A stretch of 64,000 nt of DNA from an uncultured Candidatus Binatia bacterium (GTDB taxonomy: Bacteria; Desulfobacterota; Binatia; UBA9968; JAJDTQ01), in contig OZ251459.1 of the NCBI GenBank assembly GCA_965242525.1, positions 4,085,063 through 4,149,062 on the forward strand, written 5' to 3'. Below, piece after piece: positions 57,173-64,000 of the stretch. The translations under genes and the position numbers were made by a program. The notes under the pieces are model-generated. The model saw nothing but the letters and a program-made list of their open reading frames with translations, did not search any database and was not told the origin of the DNA. Within the stretch, counting starts at the first letter, position 1; each line of letters starts with the position of its first letter.

Positions 57173-57355
57173 GGGGAGTTGAAGCACGGGGAGCATTGGA
57201 GCACGGGGAGCATTGGAGAACGGGGAGCATTGGAGAACGGGGAGCATTGGAGAACGGGGAGCATTGGAGAACGGGGAGCATTGGAGAACGGGGAGCATTG
57301 GAGAACGGGGAGTGTTGGAGAACGGGGAGCATTGAAGCACGGGAAGCATTGCATG
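57169..57355. repeat. 17-bp tandem repeat (about 11 units)
   Basis: ACGGGGAGCATTGGAGA units at 57169, 57186, 57203 ... 57339; the terminal units are degenerate. Confidence 0.95.
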
Positions 57356-57461
57356 GAGGATCGTCCGCACGAGGGGCTGGTCGTCTGCGGGTTCGAGGGC
57401 GTCGAGGCCAAGTCACCGGCGGCGGTTGATTCCCGCGATCCGTTGTTCCACAATCCCGTTC

Positions 57462-58169
57462 ATGCAGCGTCACGCGGTGGTCCTGGTATCCGGCGGGCTG
57501 GACAGCACCACGACCCTCGCCATGGCCAGGGCCGAAGGGTTCGTGTGTCACGGCGTCACCTTCGACTACGGCCAGCGGCACCGGGTGGAGATCGAGGCGG
57601 CGAAGCGCGTGGCCGCGTCCATGGGGGCGGCGTCCCACAGGGTCTGCAACATCGACTTGCGCGCCATCGGCGGCTCTTCGCTGACGGACGGCATCGACGT
57701 GCCCAAGGATCGCCCGCCGGAGGCCATTTCGGAGGGCGTGCCCGTCACCTACGTGCCCGCGCGCAACACGATCTTCCTGTCCTTTGCCCTGGCGGTGGCG
57801 GAGGTCAGCCGCAGCCGTGACATCTTCATCGGGGTGAACGCCATCGACTATTCGGGATACCCGGACTGCCGGCCCGAGTTCGTGCAGGCCTTCGAGGCCA
57901 TGGCCAACCTCGCCACCAAGGCGGGCGTGGAAGGACACGGCGTCCGCATCCGCACGCCGCTGGTCCATTGGAGCAAGGCGCGCATCATCGAGGAAGGACG
58001 GCGGCTGGGGGTGGACTACGGTGAGACGATCTCCTGTTACGACCCGGTGCCGGAGCCGCGCGCGCCCTACGGGGCAGCGGCCTGCCGCCGGTGCGACGCA
58101 TGCCAGTTGCGCGCCAGGGCCTTCACGGAGCTCGGTATCGAGGACCCGGCGGACGCCGCGCGAGGGTAG
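57462..58169 (+). CDS. queC: 7-cyano-7-deazaguanine synthase
   Basis: 'VSGGLDS', 'FDYGQRH', '[10 protein letters not shown]', '[12 protein letters not shown]', 'SCY...CRRCDAC'. Confidence 0.96.
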   Translation: MQRHAVVLVSGGLDSTTTLAMARAEGFVCHGVTFDYGQRHRVEIEAAKRVAASMGAASHRVCNIDLRAIGGSSLTDGIDVPKDRPPEAISEGVPVTYVPARNTIFLSFALAVAEVSRSRDIFIGVNAIDYSGYPDCRPEFVQAFEAMANLATKAGVEGHGVRIRTPLVHWSKARIIEEGRRLGVDYGETISCYDPVPEPRAPYGAAACRRCDACQLRARAFTELGIEDPADAARG

Positions 58170-58216
58170 GGGGAGAGCATGGGGAGGAGGGTTGCGTCAC
58201 GCGCCCGGGAGCAGGA

Positions 58217-59215
58217 ATGATGCAGTATCGGACGCTCGGCAGCACCGGGCTCAGAGTCTCGGAAATCGGCTTCGGATGCGGCAACGTCGGCGGTTTGATG
58301 GTGGACGGGAGCCGGCGGGAGCAGCTCGACGCGGTGCGGCGCGCCACGTCCCTGGGCATCAACTATTTCGACACGGCCCGCGCTTACGGGGAGGGCAGGT
58401 CGGAGACGAACCTCGGGCGCGTGCTGGACGAGGTGGGAGAGGAGGTGGTCCTTTCCACCAAGATCCGCCTGGAGGCGGACGCGCTGCCGGACATCGCCGC
58501 GGCGGCTGAGGCCCATGTGGAGCAGGGGCTTGCGCGGCTTGGGCGGGACTCGGTCCACCTGATCCAGATCCACACCCGTCTCGTGGCGAACCGGGAGTCC
58601 GGGCGCTTCGGCATGACCGCGGACGAGGTGCTGGGGCCGGGCGGCGTCATCGAAGCGTTCCAGCGGCTGCGGGACCGGGGCCGTGTGAAGTTCTTCGGGT
58701 TCACCGGCCTGGGCGACGTGGACGTCATCGAGGCGCTGGTGGACAGCGGCGAGTTCCATTCCTTCCAGGCCTACTACAACCTGCTCAACCCCAGCGCCGG
58801 CCAGACCGTGCCCCCGGACTTCAGCGCCCTCGACTACCGCGGGATCATCGACCGGGCCGCGGCCCGGGGCATGGGGGTGGTGGTCGTCCGGGTGCTGGCC
58901 GCAGGCGTGCTCAGCGCCGCCCCGGAATCGGGCGGCGGCACCAGCCGCGAACCGCTTTCCGCAGGTTCCGACTACGAACGGGACGTGTCCCGGGCGCGGC
59001 AACTGGGTTTCCTGACAGACCGCGGTCCTGCGTCACTGTCCCAGGCCGCCATCCGCTTCGCCCTCATGAAGCCCCAGGTGAGCACCGTACTGGTGGGCTT
59101 CTCCAACAACCCGCAGATCGACGAGGCCGCGTCCTGCTCCGGCGCCGGCCCCCTGCCGGCCCCGGCCATGGCGCGGCTCCGCGAACTCTGGGACGGGGAC
59201 TTCGGAGTTCGGTAG
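58217..59215 (+). CDS. Aldo/keto reductase
   Basis: 'YRTLGSTGLRVSEIGFG', 'GINYFDTARAYG.G.SE', 'STK', 'YNLLN'. Confidence 0.92.
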   Translation: MMQYRTLGSTGLRVSEIGFGCGNVGGLMVDGSRREQLDAVRRATSLGINYFDTARAYGEGRSETNLGRVLDEVGEEVVLSTKIRLEADALPDIAAAAEAHVEQGLARLGRDSVHLIQIHTRLVANRESGRFGMTADEVLGPGGVIEAFQRLRDRGRVKFFGFTGLGDVDVIEALVDSGEFHSFQAYYNLLNPSAGQTVPPDFSALDYRGIIDRAAARGMGVVVVRVLAAGVLSAAPESGGGTSREPLSAGSDYERDVSRARQLGFLTDRGPASLSQAAIRFALMKPQVSTVLVGFSNNPQIDEAASCSGAGPLPAPAMARLRELWDGDFGVR

Positions 59216-59241
59216 GGTTGGACGGGGCTCGACCGTGGCGC

Positions 59242-59270
59242 TTGACGCTATTAGCGTCTCATACTATTAT
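59242..59270 (+). promoter_or_regulatory. higBA promoter with operator palindrome; leaderless
   Basis: TTGACG-17-TATTAT, GTG start 5 nt later; GACGCTA-T-TAGCGTC palindrome at 59244-59258 overlaps the -35. Confidence 0.8.
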
Positions 59271-59275
59271 ACCTC

Positions 59276-59557
59276 GTGATCCAGGGTTACCGGGACTCCG
59301 ACACCGAAGCAGTCGCCAAGCGGGAGCGGTGCAGGAAGTTCCCTGCGGACATCCAGCGCCGCGCACAGGCCAAGCTGATGATCCTGAACAACGCCGAGGA
59401 CTTGAATGATTTGCGCGTCCCGCCAGGGAACCACCTGGAGGCGCTCTCGGGAAATCGAAAGGGTCAGCACAGCATCCGCATCAACGATCGGTGGAGGCTA
59501 TGCTTCGTCTGGAAGCAGGGGAACCCCCACCAGGTCGAAATCGTCGATTACCATTGA
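59276..59557 (+). CDS. higB: HigB/RelE toxin
   Basis: 'DLRVPPGNHLEALSGNRKGQHSIRINDRWRLCF...VEIVDYH'. Confidence 0.93.
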   Translation: MIQGYRDSDTEAVAKRERCRKFPADIQRRAQAKLMILNNAEDLNDLRVPPGNHLEALSGNRKGQHSIRINDRWRLCFVWKQGNPHQVEIVDYH

Positions 59558-59595
59558 GGCCCGCGGGTTCCGATAGAACGAAAGGAAGCAACCAC

Positions 59596-60015
59596 ATGGC
59601 CGCACGGACCGCACGCAGGTCGAAGAAGCTGCCTCCCATTCACCCCGGCAGGCTTCTCGACGAGGAGTTTCTCCGTCCCATGCGCGTCACCCAGTACCGG
59701 CTGGCCAGGACCATCGGCGTGGACCCCCGGCGGATCCACGCGATCGTCCGAGGCGAGCGCGCCATCACCGCGGAGACGGCCCTGCTGTTCTCGCGCTTTT
59801 TCGGCAACTCCGCCAAGTTCTGGATGGGCCTCCAGAGCCAGTACGACCTGGAGCGGGAACAGGACCGCTTGGCAGACCGAATCGAACTCATCCCCAGGTA
59901 CATCCCCTGGAGGACGCCGAAACGTCCCTCGTCCACCTATGCCCGGACACGGATACGCGACACGAGGAGGGAAACCTTGCCGATTTCCGATCCGTCGGCA
60001 ACTTCGCAGAGTTGA
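59596..60015 (+). CDS. higA: HigA antitoxin
   Basis: 'PPIHPG.LL.EEFL', 'RAITAETAL', 'FWMGLQSQYDL'. Confidence 0.92.
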   Translation: MAARTARRSKKLPPIHPGRLLDEEFLRPMRVTQYRLARTIGVDPRRIHAIVRGERAITAETALLFSRFFGNSAKFWMGLQSQYDLEREQDRLADRIELIPRYIPWRTPKRPSSTYARTRIRDTRRETLPISDPSATSQS

Positions 60016-60027
60016 CGAACACCGCCA

Positions 60028-61605
60028 TCAGGAAGCTCGCTCCGCCTCGAAGGCGGCGAGGTTTCGGTCCTGCTTGCTGAACTCCACACCGATCAGGCGC
60101 ACCGGCTGGCCGAGGCGCCGGTACTTGTCCGCATAACCCTTGGCCTTCAACTGGGCCATGGCCTCGCCAGTGGGTTCCTTCTCCACGGTCTTGAACTCGA
60201 ACACGTAGATGCTGCCGTCGAAGCGCACGGTCATGTCCGCGCGCCCGGCGCTCGAACTGTCCTCCGCCATGAGGTCGAAGCCCTGGGCGGCAAAGCAGGA
60301 GTAGATGACGCTGGCGTAGTAGCCCTCGTACTTCTGGATGGCGTTCTTGGCGTGCCACTGGTAGGGGATGCCGGCGAAGATGGACCGGAACAACGCCTCC
60401 ATGCCTGCAAAGTCGTTGGCGGCGAGCAACTCCGGGAGGGAACCGCTCCACGCCAACTCCTGGGAGGCCTCCGGCAGCAGGGCCATGAGCAAATGCTCGT
60501 TCAGGCTCTGGCGGACTTCCTGGTTGGGGTATCCCAGGCGGTAACGGATGACGCCGTTCCGGTTCTCTTCGTCGAGGACCGTGAGGTATCCGGTCTGGAA
60601 CAGCAGCGCCTCGATGGCCATCTCATCCACGTCGAAGGCCGACAGCAGGGCTTTGGTGCCGGTCATGCCGTCCAGGTCCAAGGTGGAGACGCGGCGGTGC
60701 ATCAGGGCATTGATGAGGAACGTAGGCGAGCCGGTCTTGAACCAGTGGGCATCGAACTCGCGTGACCGGAACAACAGCAGGAGGTCGAAAGGGTTATAGA
60801 CCTTCTCGTTGCCCCGCCAGGAGTAGCCGTTGTACCATCGTCGTATCTCGTCCCGGTCCAGGCCGGGCAGTTCGGGCGCGAACACGGTGTCCAGGTCCCG
60901 GTCGGTGTAGCCGCAGACCGCAGAGTAGTCCGGGTCCAGGGTGATGTCGATGAGGTTGTTGAGTCCTGAGAAGAGGCCCACCTTGGAGAACTTGCTGACT
61001 CCGGTGAGAAGCGTGAACTTGACGTGCGGGTCACAGTCCTTGATGACCGAGTACAGGCCGCGCAGGTAGTCCCGGTTGGCCTTGGCCACCTCCGGGGTCC
61101 CCAAGGCGTCGAGGATGGGCTTGTCGTACTCGTCCACCAGCACCACCACACGCTGTCCGGAGCGCTCGTGCATCTCTTCGATCAGATGGGCGAAGCGTTC
61201 CGGGCCGGTGGGGTAGGGTGAAGTGATGCCGATGCGCTTCTCCGCCCGGTCCAACTGGGCGGTCAGGTTCAGGTTGAGGTGGTCCGGGGCGGTGAAGTTC
61301 CGGCCGCCGAAGCTGACCCGCACCACCGGGAAGCGCACGTCCCAGTCCCATTGATCGTGGATGGCGAGTCCCCGGAAGAGTTCTTCGCTGCCCTCGAACA
61401 GTTCCTTGATGGTGTCCAGCAGCAGGCTCTTGCCGAAGCGCCGGGGGCGGGAGAGGAAGTAGCATCGGCCTTCGTCCACCAGCCGCCGGACCCAAGGGGT
61501 CTTGTCCACGTAGTAGTAGCCCTCCTCCCGGATCATCCGGAAGGTCTGGACGCCGATGGGCAGCTTGCGCTTGGGGGCGGTGGCGGTGTCGCCGGGAACG
61601 CTCAT
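60028..61605 (-). CDS. AAA-ATPase-like + PD-(D/E)XK nuclease protein, paralogue 1
   Basis: 'KLPIGVQTF', 'YVDKT', 'SRPRRFGKS', 'LVDEYDKP', 'GRADM...YVFEFK'. Confidence 0.92.
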   Translation of the reverse strand: MSVPGDTATAPKRKLPIGVQTFRMIREEGYYYVDKTPWVRRLVDEGRCYFLSRPRRFGKSLLLDTIKELFEGSEELFRGLAIHDQWDWDVRFPVVRVSFGGRNFTAPDHLNLNLTAQLDRAEKRIGITSPYPTGPERFAHLIEEMHERSGQRVVVLVDEYDKPILDALGTPEVAKANRDYLRGLYSVIKDCDPHVKFTLLTGVSKFSKVGLFSGLNNLIDITLDPDYSAVCGYTDRDLDTVFAPELPGLDRDEIRRWYNGYSWRGNEKVYNPFDLLLLFRSREFDAHWFKTGSPTFLINALMHRRVSTLDLDGMTGTKALLSAFDVDEMAIEALLFQTGYLTVLDEENRNGVIRYRLGYPNQEVRQSLNEHLLMALLPEASQELAWSGSLPELLAANDFAGMEALFRSIFAGIPYQWHAKNAIQKYEGYYASVIYSCFAAQGFDLMAEDSSSAGRADMTVRFDGSIYVFEFKTVEKEPTGEAMAQLKAKGYADKYRRLGQPVRLIGVEFSKQDRNLAAFEAERAS

Positions 61606-61611
61606 GGGGAC

Positions 61612-61640
61612 AGCATAGCCCCTCGCCAAGGCATGGTCAA
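61612..61640 (-). promoter_or_regulatory. Leaderless sigma70-type promoter of paralogue 1
   Basis: Minus strand TTGACC-17-TATGCT-6 nt-ATG; no RBS. Confidence 0.7.
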
Positions 61641-61661
61641 AGCCGCGAAGGCCCTGCCTCT

Positions 61662-61710
61662 GTCATTCCCGTGAAAGCCTGTCCTCGCGGAAACGGGGGC
61701 GGGAATGACG
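61662..61710. repeat. Degenerate ATTCCC-type palindromic repeat (family B)
   Basis: GTCATTCCCG...CGGGAATGAC between the two paralogues. Confidence 0.7.
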
Positions 61711-61735
61711 GGATGGGGGAACCGAAGACGGGGAA

Positions 61736-63319
61736 TCAGGAAGCCGTCTCCACCTCGAAGGCGGCGATGTTTCGGTCTTGCCTGCTGAACTCCACTCCGA
61801 TCAGGTGGACGGGCTGGCCGAGGCTCCGGTGCTTGTCGGCGTAGCCCCCGGCCTTCAACTGGGCCATGGCCTCCCCGGTGGGTTCCTTCTCCACGGTCTT
61901 GAACCCGAACACGTAGATGGCGCCGTCGAAGCGTACGGTCATGTCCGTAGGCATGCCGAGGGAGCCGTCCTCCGCCCTGAGGTCGAAGCCCTGGGCCGCG
62001 AAGCAGGAGTAGATGACGCTGGCGTAGTAGCCCTTGTACTCGTCCTCGTACTCCTGGATGGCGTTCTTGACGTGCCACTCGTGGGGGATGCCGGCGAAGA
62101 TGTCCCGGAACAACGCCTCCAGGCCGGCAAAGTCGTTGGCGGCCAGCAGTTCGCGAAGGGAACCGTTCAGGAACGTCTGCATCGGGTCGTGGGGCAGCAG
62201 GGCCATGAGCATGTGCTCGTTCAGGCTCTGGCGCACTTCCTGGTTGGGGTAGCCCAGCCGGTATCGGGTGAAGCCGTTCCGGTTCTTTTCCTCGAGGATC
62301 GTGAGGTATCCGGTCTGGAACAGCAGTGTCTCGATGTCCGTCTCCTCCACCTCGAAGGACGCGAGCAGGCTGTCGTCGCCGACCATGCAGTCCAGGTCCA
62401 GGGACGAGAGGCCGCGCCGTATCAGGTTGTCGATGAGGAACTTGGGCGAGCCGGTCTCGGACCAGTGGGCCCTGAACTCGCGGGTGTCGAACAGCGACAG
62501 TATGTCGAAGGGGTTGTAGAGCTTCTCGCCGTCCTGCCAGGAATAGCCGTAGTACCAGCGGCGTATCTCATCCCGGTCCAGGCCGGGCAGTTCCGGCGCG
62601 AACACGCTGTCCAGGTCCGCTTCCGTGAAGCCGCAGATGGCGGAATAGCGCCAGTCCAGGGTGATGTTGATGAGGTTGTTGAGGCCGGAGAAGATGCCCG
62701 CGGTGGAGAACCTGGTGACGCCGGTGAGAAGCGTGAACTGGATGTGGGCGTCGCAGGACTTGATGGTGGAGTACAGGCCGTTCAGGAAGCTCTGGTTGGC
62801 CTTGGCCGCCTCGGGCTTGTCCAGCACGTCGAGTATGGGCTTGTCGTATTCGTCCACCAACACCGCCACCCGTCGCCCGCTGCGCTCGTGCAGCGCCTCC
62901 AGCAGATGGTCGAAGCGGGCCGACGCCGTGTCGTAGCGGCCTTCGATCCCTGCCTCCCTTTCGATGGCGTGCAACTGGGCCATCGCATCCTCGGCCGCCA
63001 TGCCCGGCTCGTCGAAGGGTCCCGCGCCGAAGCTGAGCCGCACTACCGGCCAACGCACGTTCCAGTCCCATTGATCGTGGATGGCCAGCCCCCGGAACAG
63101 TTCCTCGCTACCCTCGAACAGTTCCTTGATGGTGTCCAGCAGCAGGCTCTTGCCGAAGCGCCGGGGGCGGGCAAGGACGTAGTACTTGGCGCCGTCCGCC
63201 AGCCGCCCGATCCAGGGGGTCTTGTCCACGTAGTAGTAGCCCTCTTCGCGGATTTCCCGGAAGGTCTGGACGCCGATGGGCAGCTTGCGCCGTGCTGCGC
63301 CGTCGTCGGGGAGGTTCAT
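61736..63319 (-). CDS. AAA-ATPase-like + PD-(D/E)XK protein, paralogue 2 (nuclease motif altered)
   Basis: Same architecture as paralogue 1 but 'GMPTDM...YVFGFK'. Confidence 0.9.
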   Translation of the reverse strand: MNLPDDGAARRKLPIGVQTFREIREEGYYYVDKTPWIGRLADGAKYYVLARPRRFGKSLLLDTIKELFEGSEELFRGLAIHDQWDWNVRWPVVRLSFGAGPFDEPGMAAEDAMAQLHAIEREAGIEGRYDTASARFDHLLEALHERSGRRVAVLVDEYDKPILDVLDKPEAAKANQSFLNGLYSTIKSCDAHIQFTLLTGVTRFSTAGIFSGLNNLINITLDWRYSAICGFTEADLDSVFAPELPGLDRDEIRRWYYGYSWQDGEKLYNPFDILSLFDTREFRAHWSETGSPKFLIDNLIRRGLSSLDLDCMVGDDSLLASFEVEETDIETLLFQTGYLTILEEKNRNGFTRYRLGYPNQEVRQSLNEHMLMALLPHDPMQTFLNGSLRELLAANDFAGLEALFRDIFAGIPHEWHVKNAIQEYEDEYKGYYASVIYSCFAAQGFDLRAEDGSLGMPTDMTVRFDGAIYVFGFKTVEKEPTGEAMAQLKAGGYADKHRSLGQPVHLIGVEFSRQDRNIAAFEVETAS

Positions 63320-63325
63320 GGAAAT

Positions 63326-63354
63326 ACCGTACTCCCTTGCCGAGGCTTAGTCAA
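63326..63354 (-). promoter_or_regulatory. Leaderless sigma70-type promoter of paralogue 2
   Basis: Minus strand TTGACT-17-TACGGT-6 nt-ATG; same geometry as the paralogue 1 promoter. Confidence 0.6.
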
Positions 63355-63382
63355 AGAAGGTCGGAATCAGAGAACCGGTGGG

Positions 63383-63925
63383 TCAGTGCGTCTGGTCCTG
63401 GAATCGGGAGAGCAGCCCCTCGGTCGCTGGGGTCTTCAGTTCCTCGACGATGAGTTGGCAGATGCGGATGCCGGGGGTGAGGCGACAGACGAATGGGCCG
63501 ACGTTGGCTATTTCCAGGCGGATGGCGCCGCGGAAATCCGCGTGGATGGTGGGAGCAGTCTGGTGGACGGATAGCCCAAACCTGGCCAGGGAACTCCTGC
63601 CTTCGATTCGTGCCGCCAAGTGCAGGGGCATTTCTATTCGCTCCACGGTGCTGGCCAACACGAAATCCCCTGGCTCCAAGTCGAGGTATTCGCCGTCCGC
63701 GAGATCTTTCTCTTTTCCATACTGTCCCGCTATCTCTTCCGGATTGGCCTCGTCCACCACAACACGGATGCTGGCCCCTTGGCTTGGCTTGTCGAAAACC
63801 GTAAAGCCGTGTCCCAACCGCAGGTCCACCGCAGAGGTGGAGAACATTTCGACTTCAGGGTTCGGAGCAATGCGCAGGGCGCCCGATTCCAGGGCATCCA
63901 GCATGTCCTGCCTGCCGTAGATCAC
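63383..63925 (-). CDS. dcd: dCTP deaminase (trimeric Dcd/dUTPase family)
   Basis: 'SAVDLRLG', 'LEPGDFVLAST.E', 'EGRSSLARFGL', 'TAPTIHADFRG.IRLEIAN', 'RICQL'. Confidence 0.9.
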   Translation of the reverse strand: MIYGRQDMLDALESGALRIAPNPEVEMFSTSAVDLRLGHGFTVFDKPSQGASIRVVVDEANPEEIAGQYGKEKDLADGEYLDLEPGDFVLASTVERIEMPLHLAARIEGRSSLARFGLSVHQTAPTIHADFRGAIRLEIANVGPFVCRLTPGIRICQLIVEELKTPATEGLLSRFQDQTH

Positions 63926-64000
63926 ATCACCACCACCCGTCCCTGACTACGGTATTCTGGTCGGCTTTCGGTACGCGCAGGTACTCGGTGGACTGGAAGG

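Noticed and set aside
57169-57355. CRISPR array
   Set aside because: Units are contiguous 17-mers with no unique spacers, and there are no cas genes.
57462-58169. queC as part of a Dpd, QatABCD or type IV CBASS defence system
   Set aside because: Canonical length and motifs, transcribed away from the STAND operon, and no dpdA/tgt, qat or cyclase partners.
63383-63925. Antiphage dCTP deaminase
   Set aside because: Motifs are those of the trimeric Dcd/dUTPase family, not the Zn-dependent kinase-deaminase defence family; its upstream context is outside the window.

Overview
High-GC bacterial chromosome segment. The mix of several TTT/TRAP transporters, many TA modules, STAND and AAA-nuclease genes, FGE-sulfatase proteins and dense palindromic repeats resembles host-associated Deltaproteobacteria/Binatota-like genomes; that taxonomy is inference only. 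Housekeeping and catabolic genes include tctABC sets, a TRAP system, prmA-rsmE, queC, dcd, tRNA-Phe, an amidase, an amidohydrolase and a ComD/E-like pair. Accessory and defence modules are interleaved with them. (1) A collapsed diversity-generating retroelement: a Sel1+FGE-sulfatase target with a VR-like 3' end, followed by unannotated fragments resembling an Avd C-terminus and an RT YVDD core, with no TR in the window. (2) A type III R-M locus whose mod and res genes are split by TIR, MNT-HEPN and XRE cargo. (3) A leaderless, operator-controlled AAA_14/DUF4143 gene coupled to a STAND-NTPase/nuclease gene. (4) A low-GC two-gene cassette encoding a 2-TM protein and a Cas2/VapD-like protein. (5) Tandem AAA-PD-(D/E)XK paralogues, one with a mutated catalytic motif. 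(6) Nine copies of a GCGNAGC mini-hairpin repeat, often bounded by 13-bp terminal inverted repeats that overlap stop codons. No CRISPR array, integrase or transposase was found. All family calls come from reading motifs by eye, without database searches.
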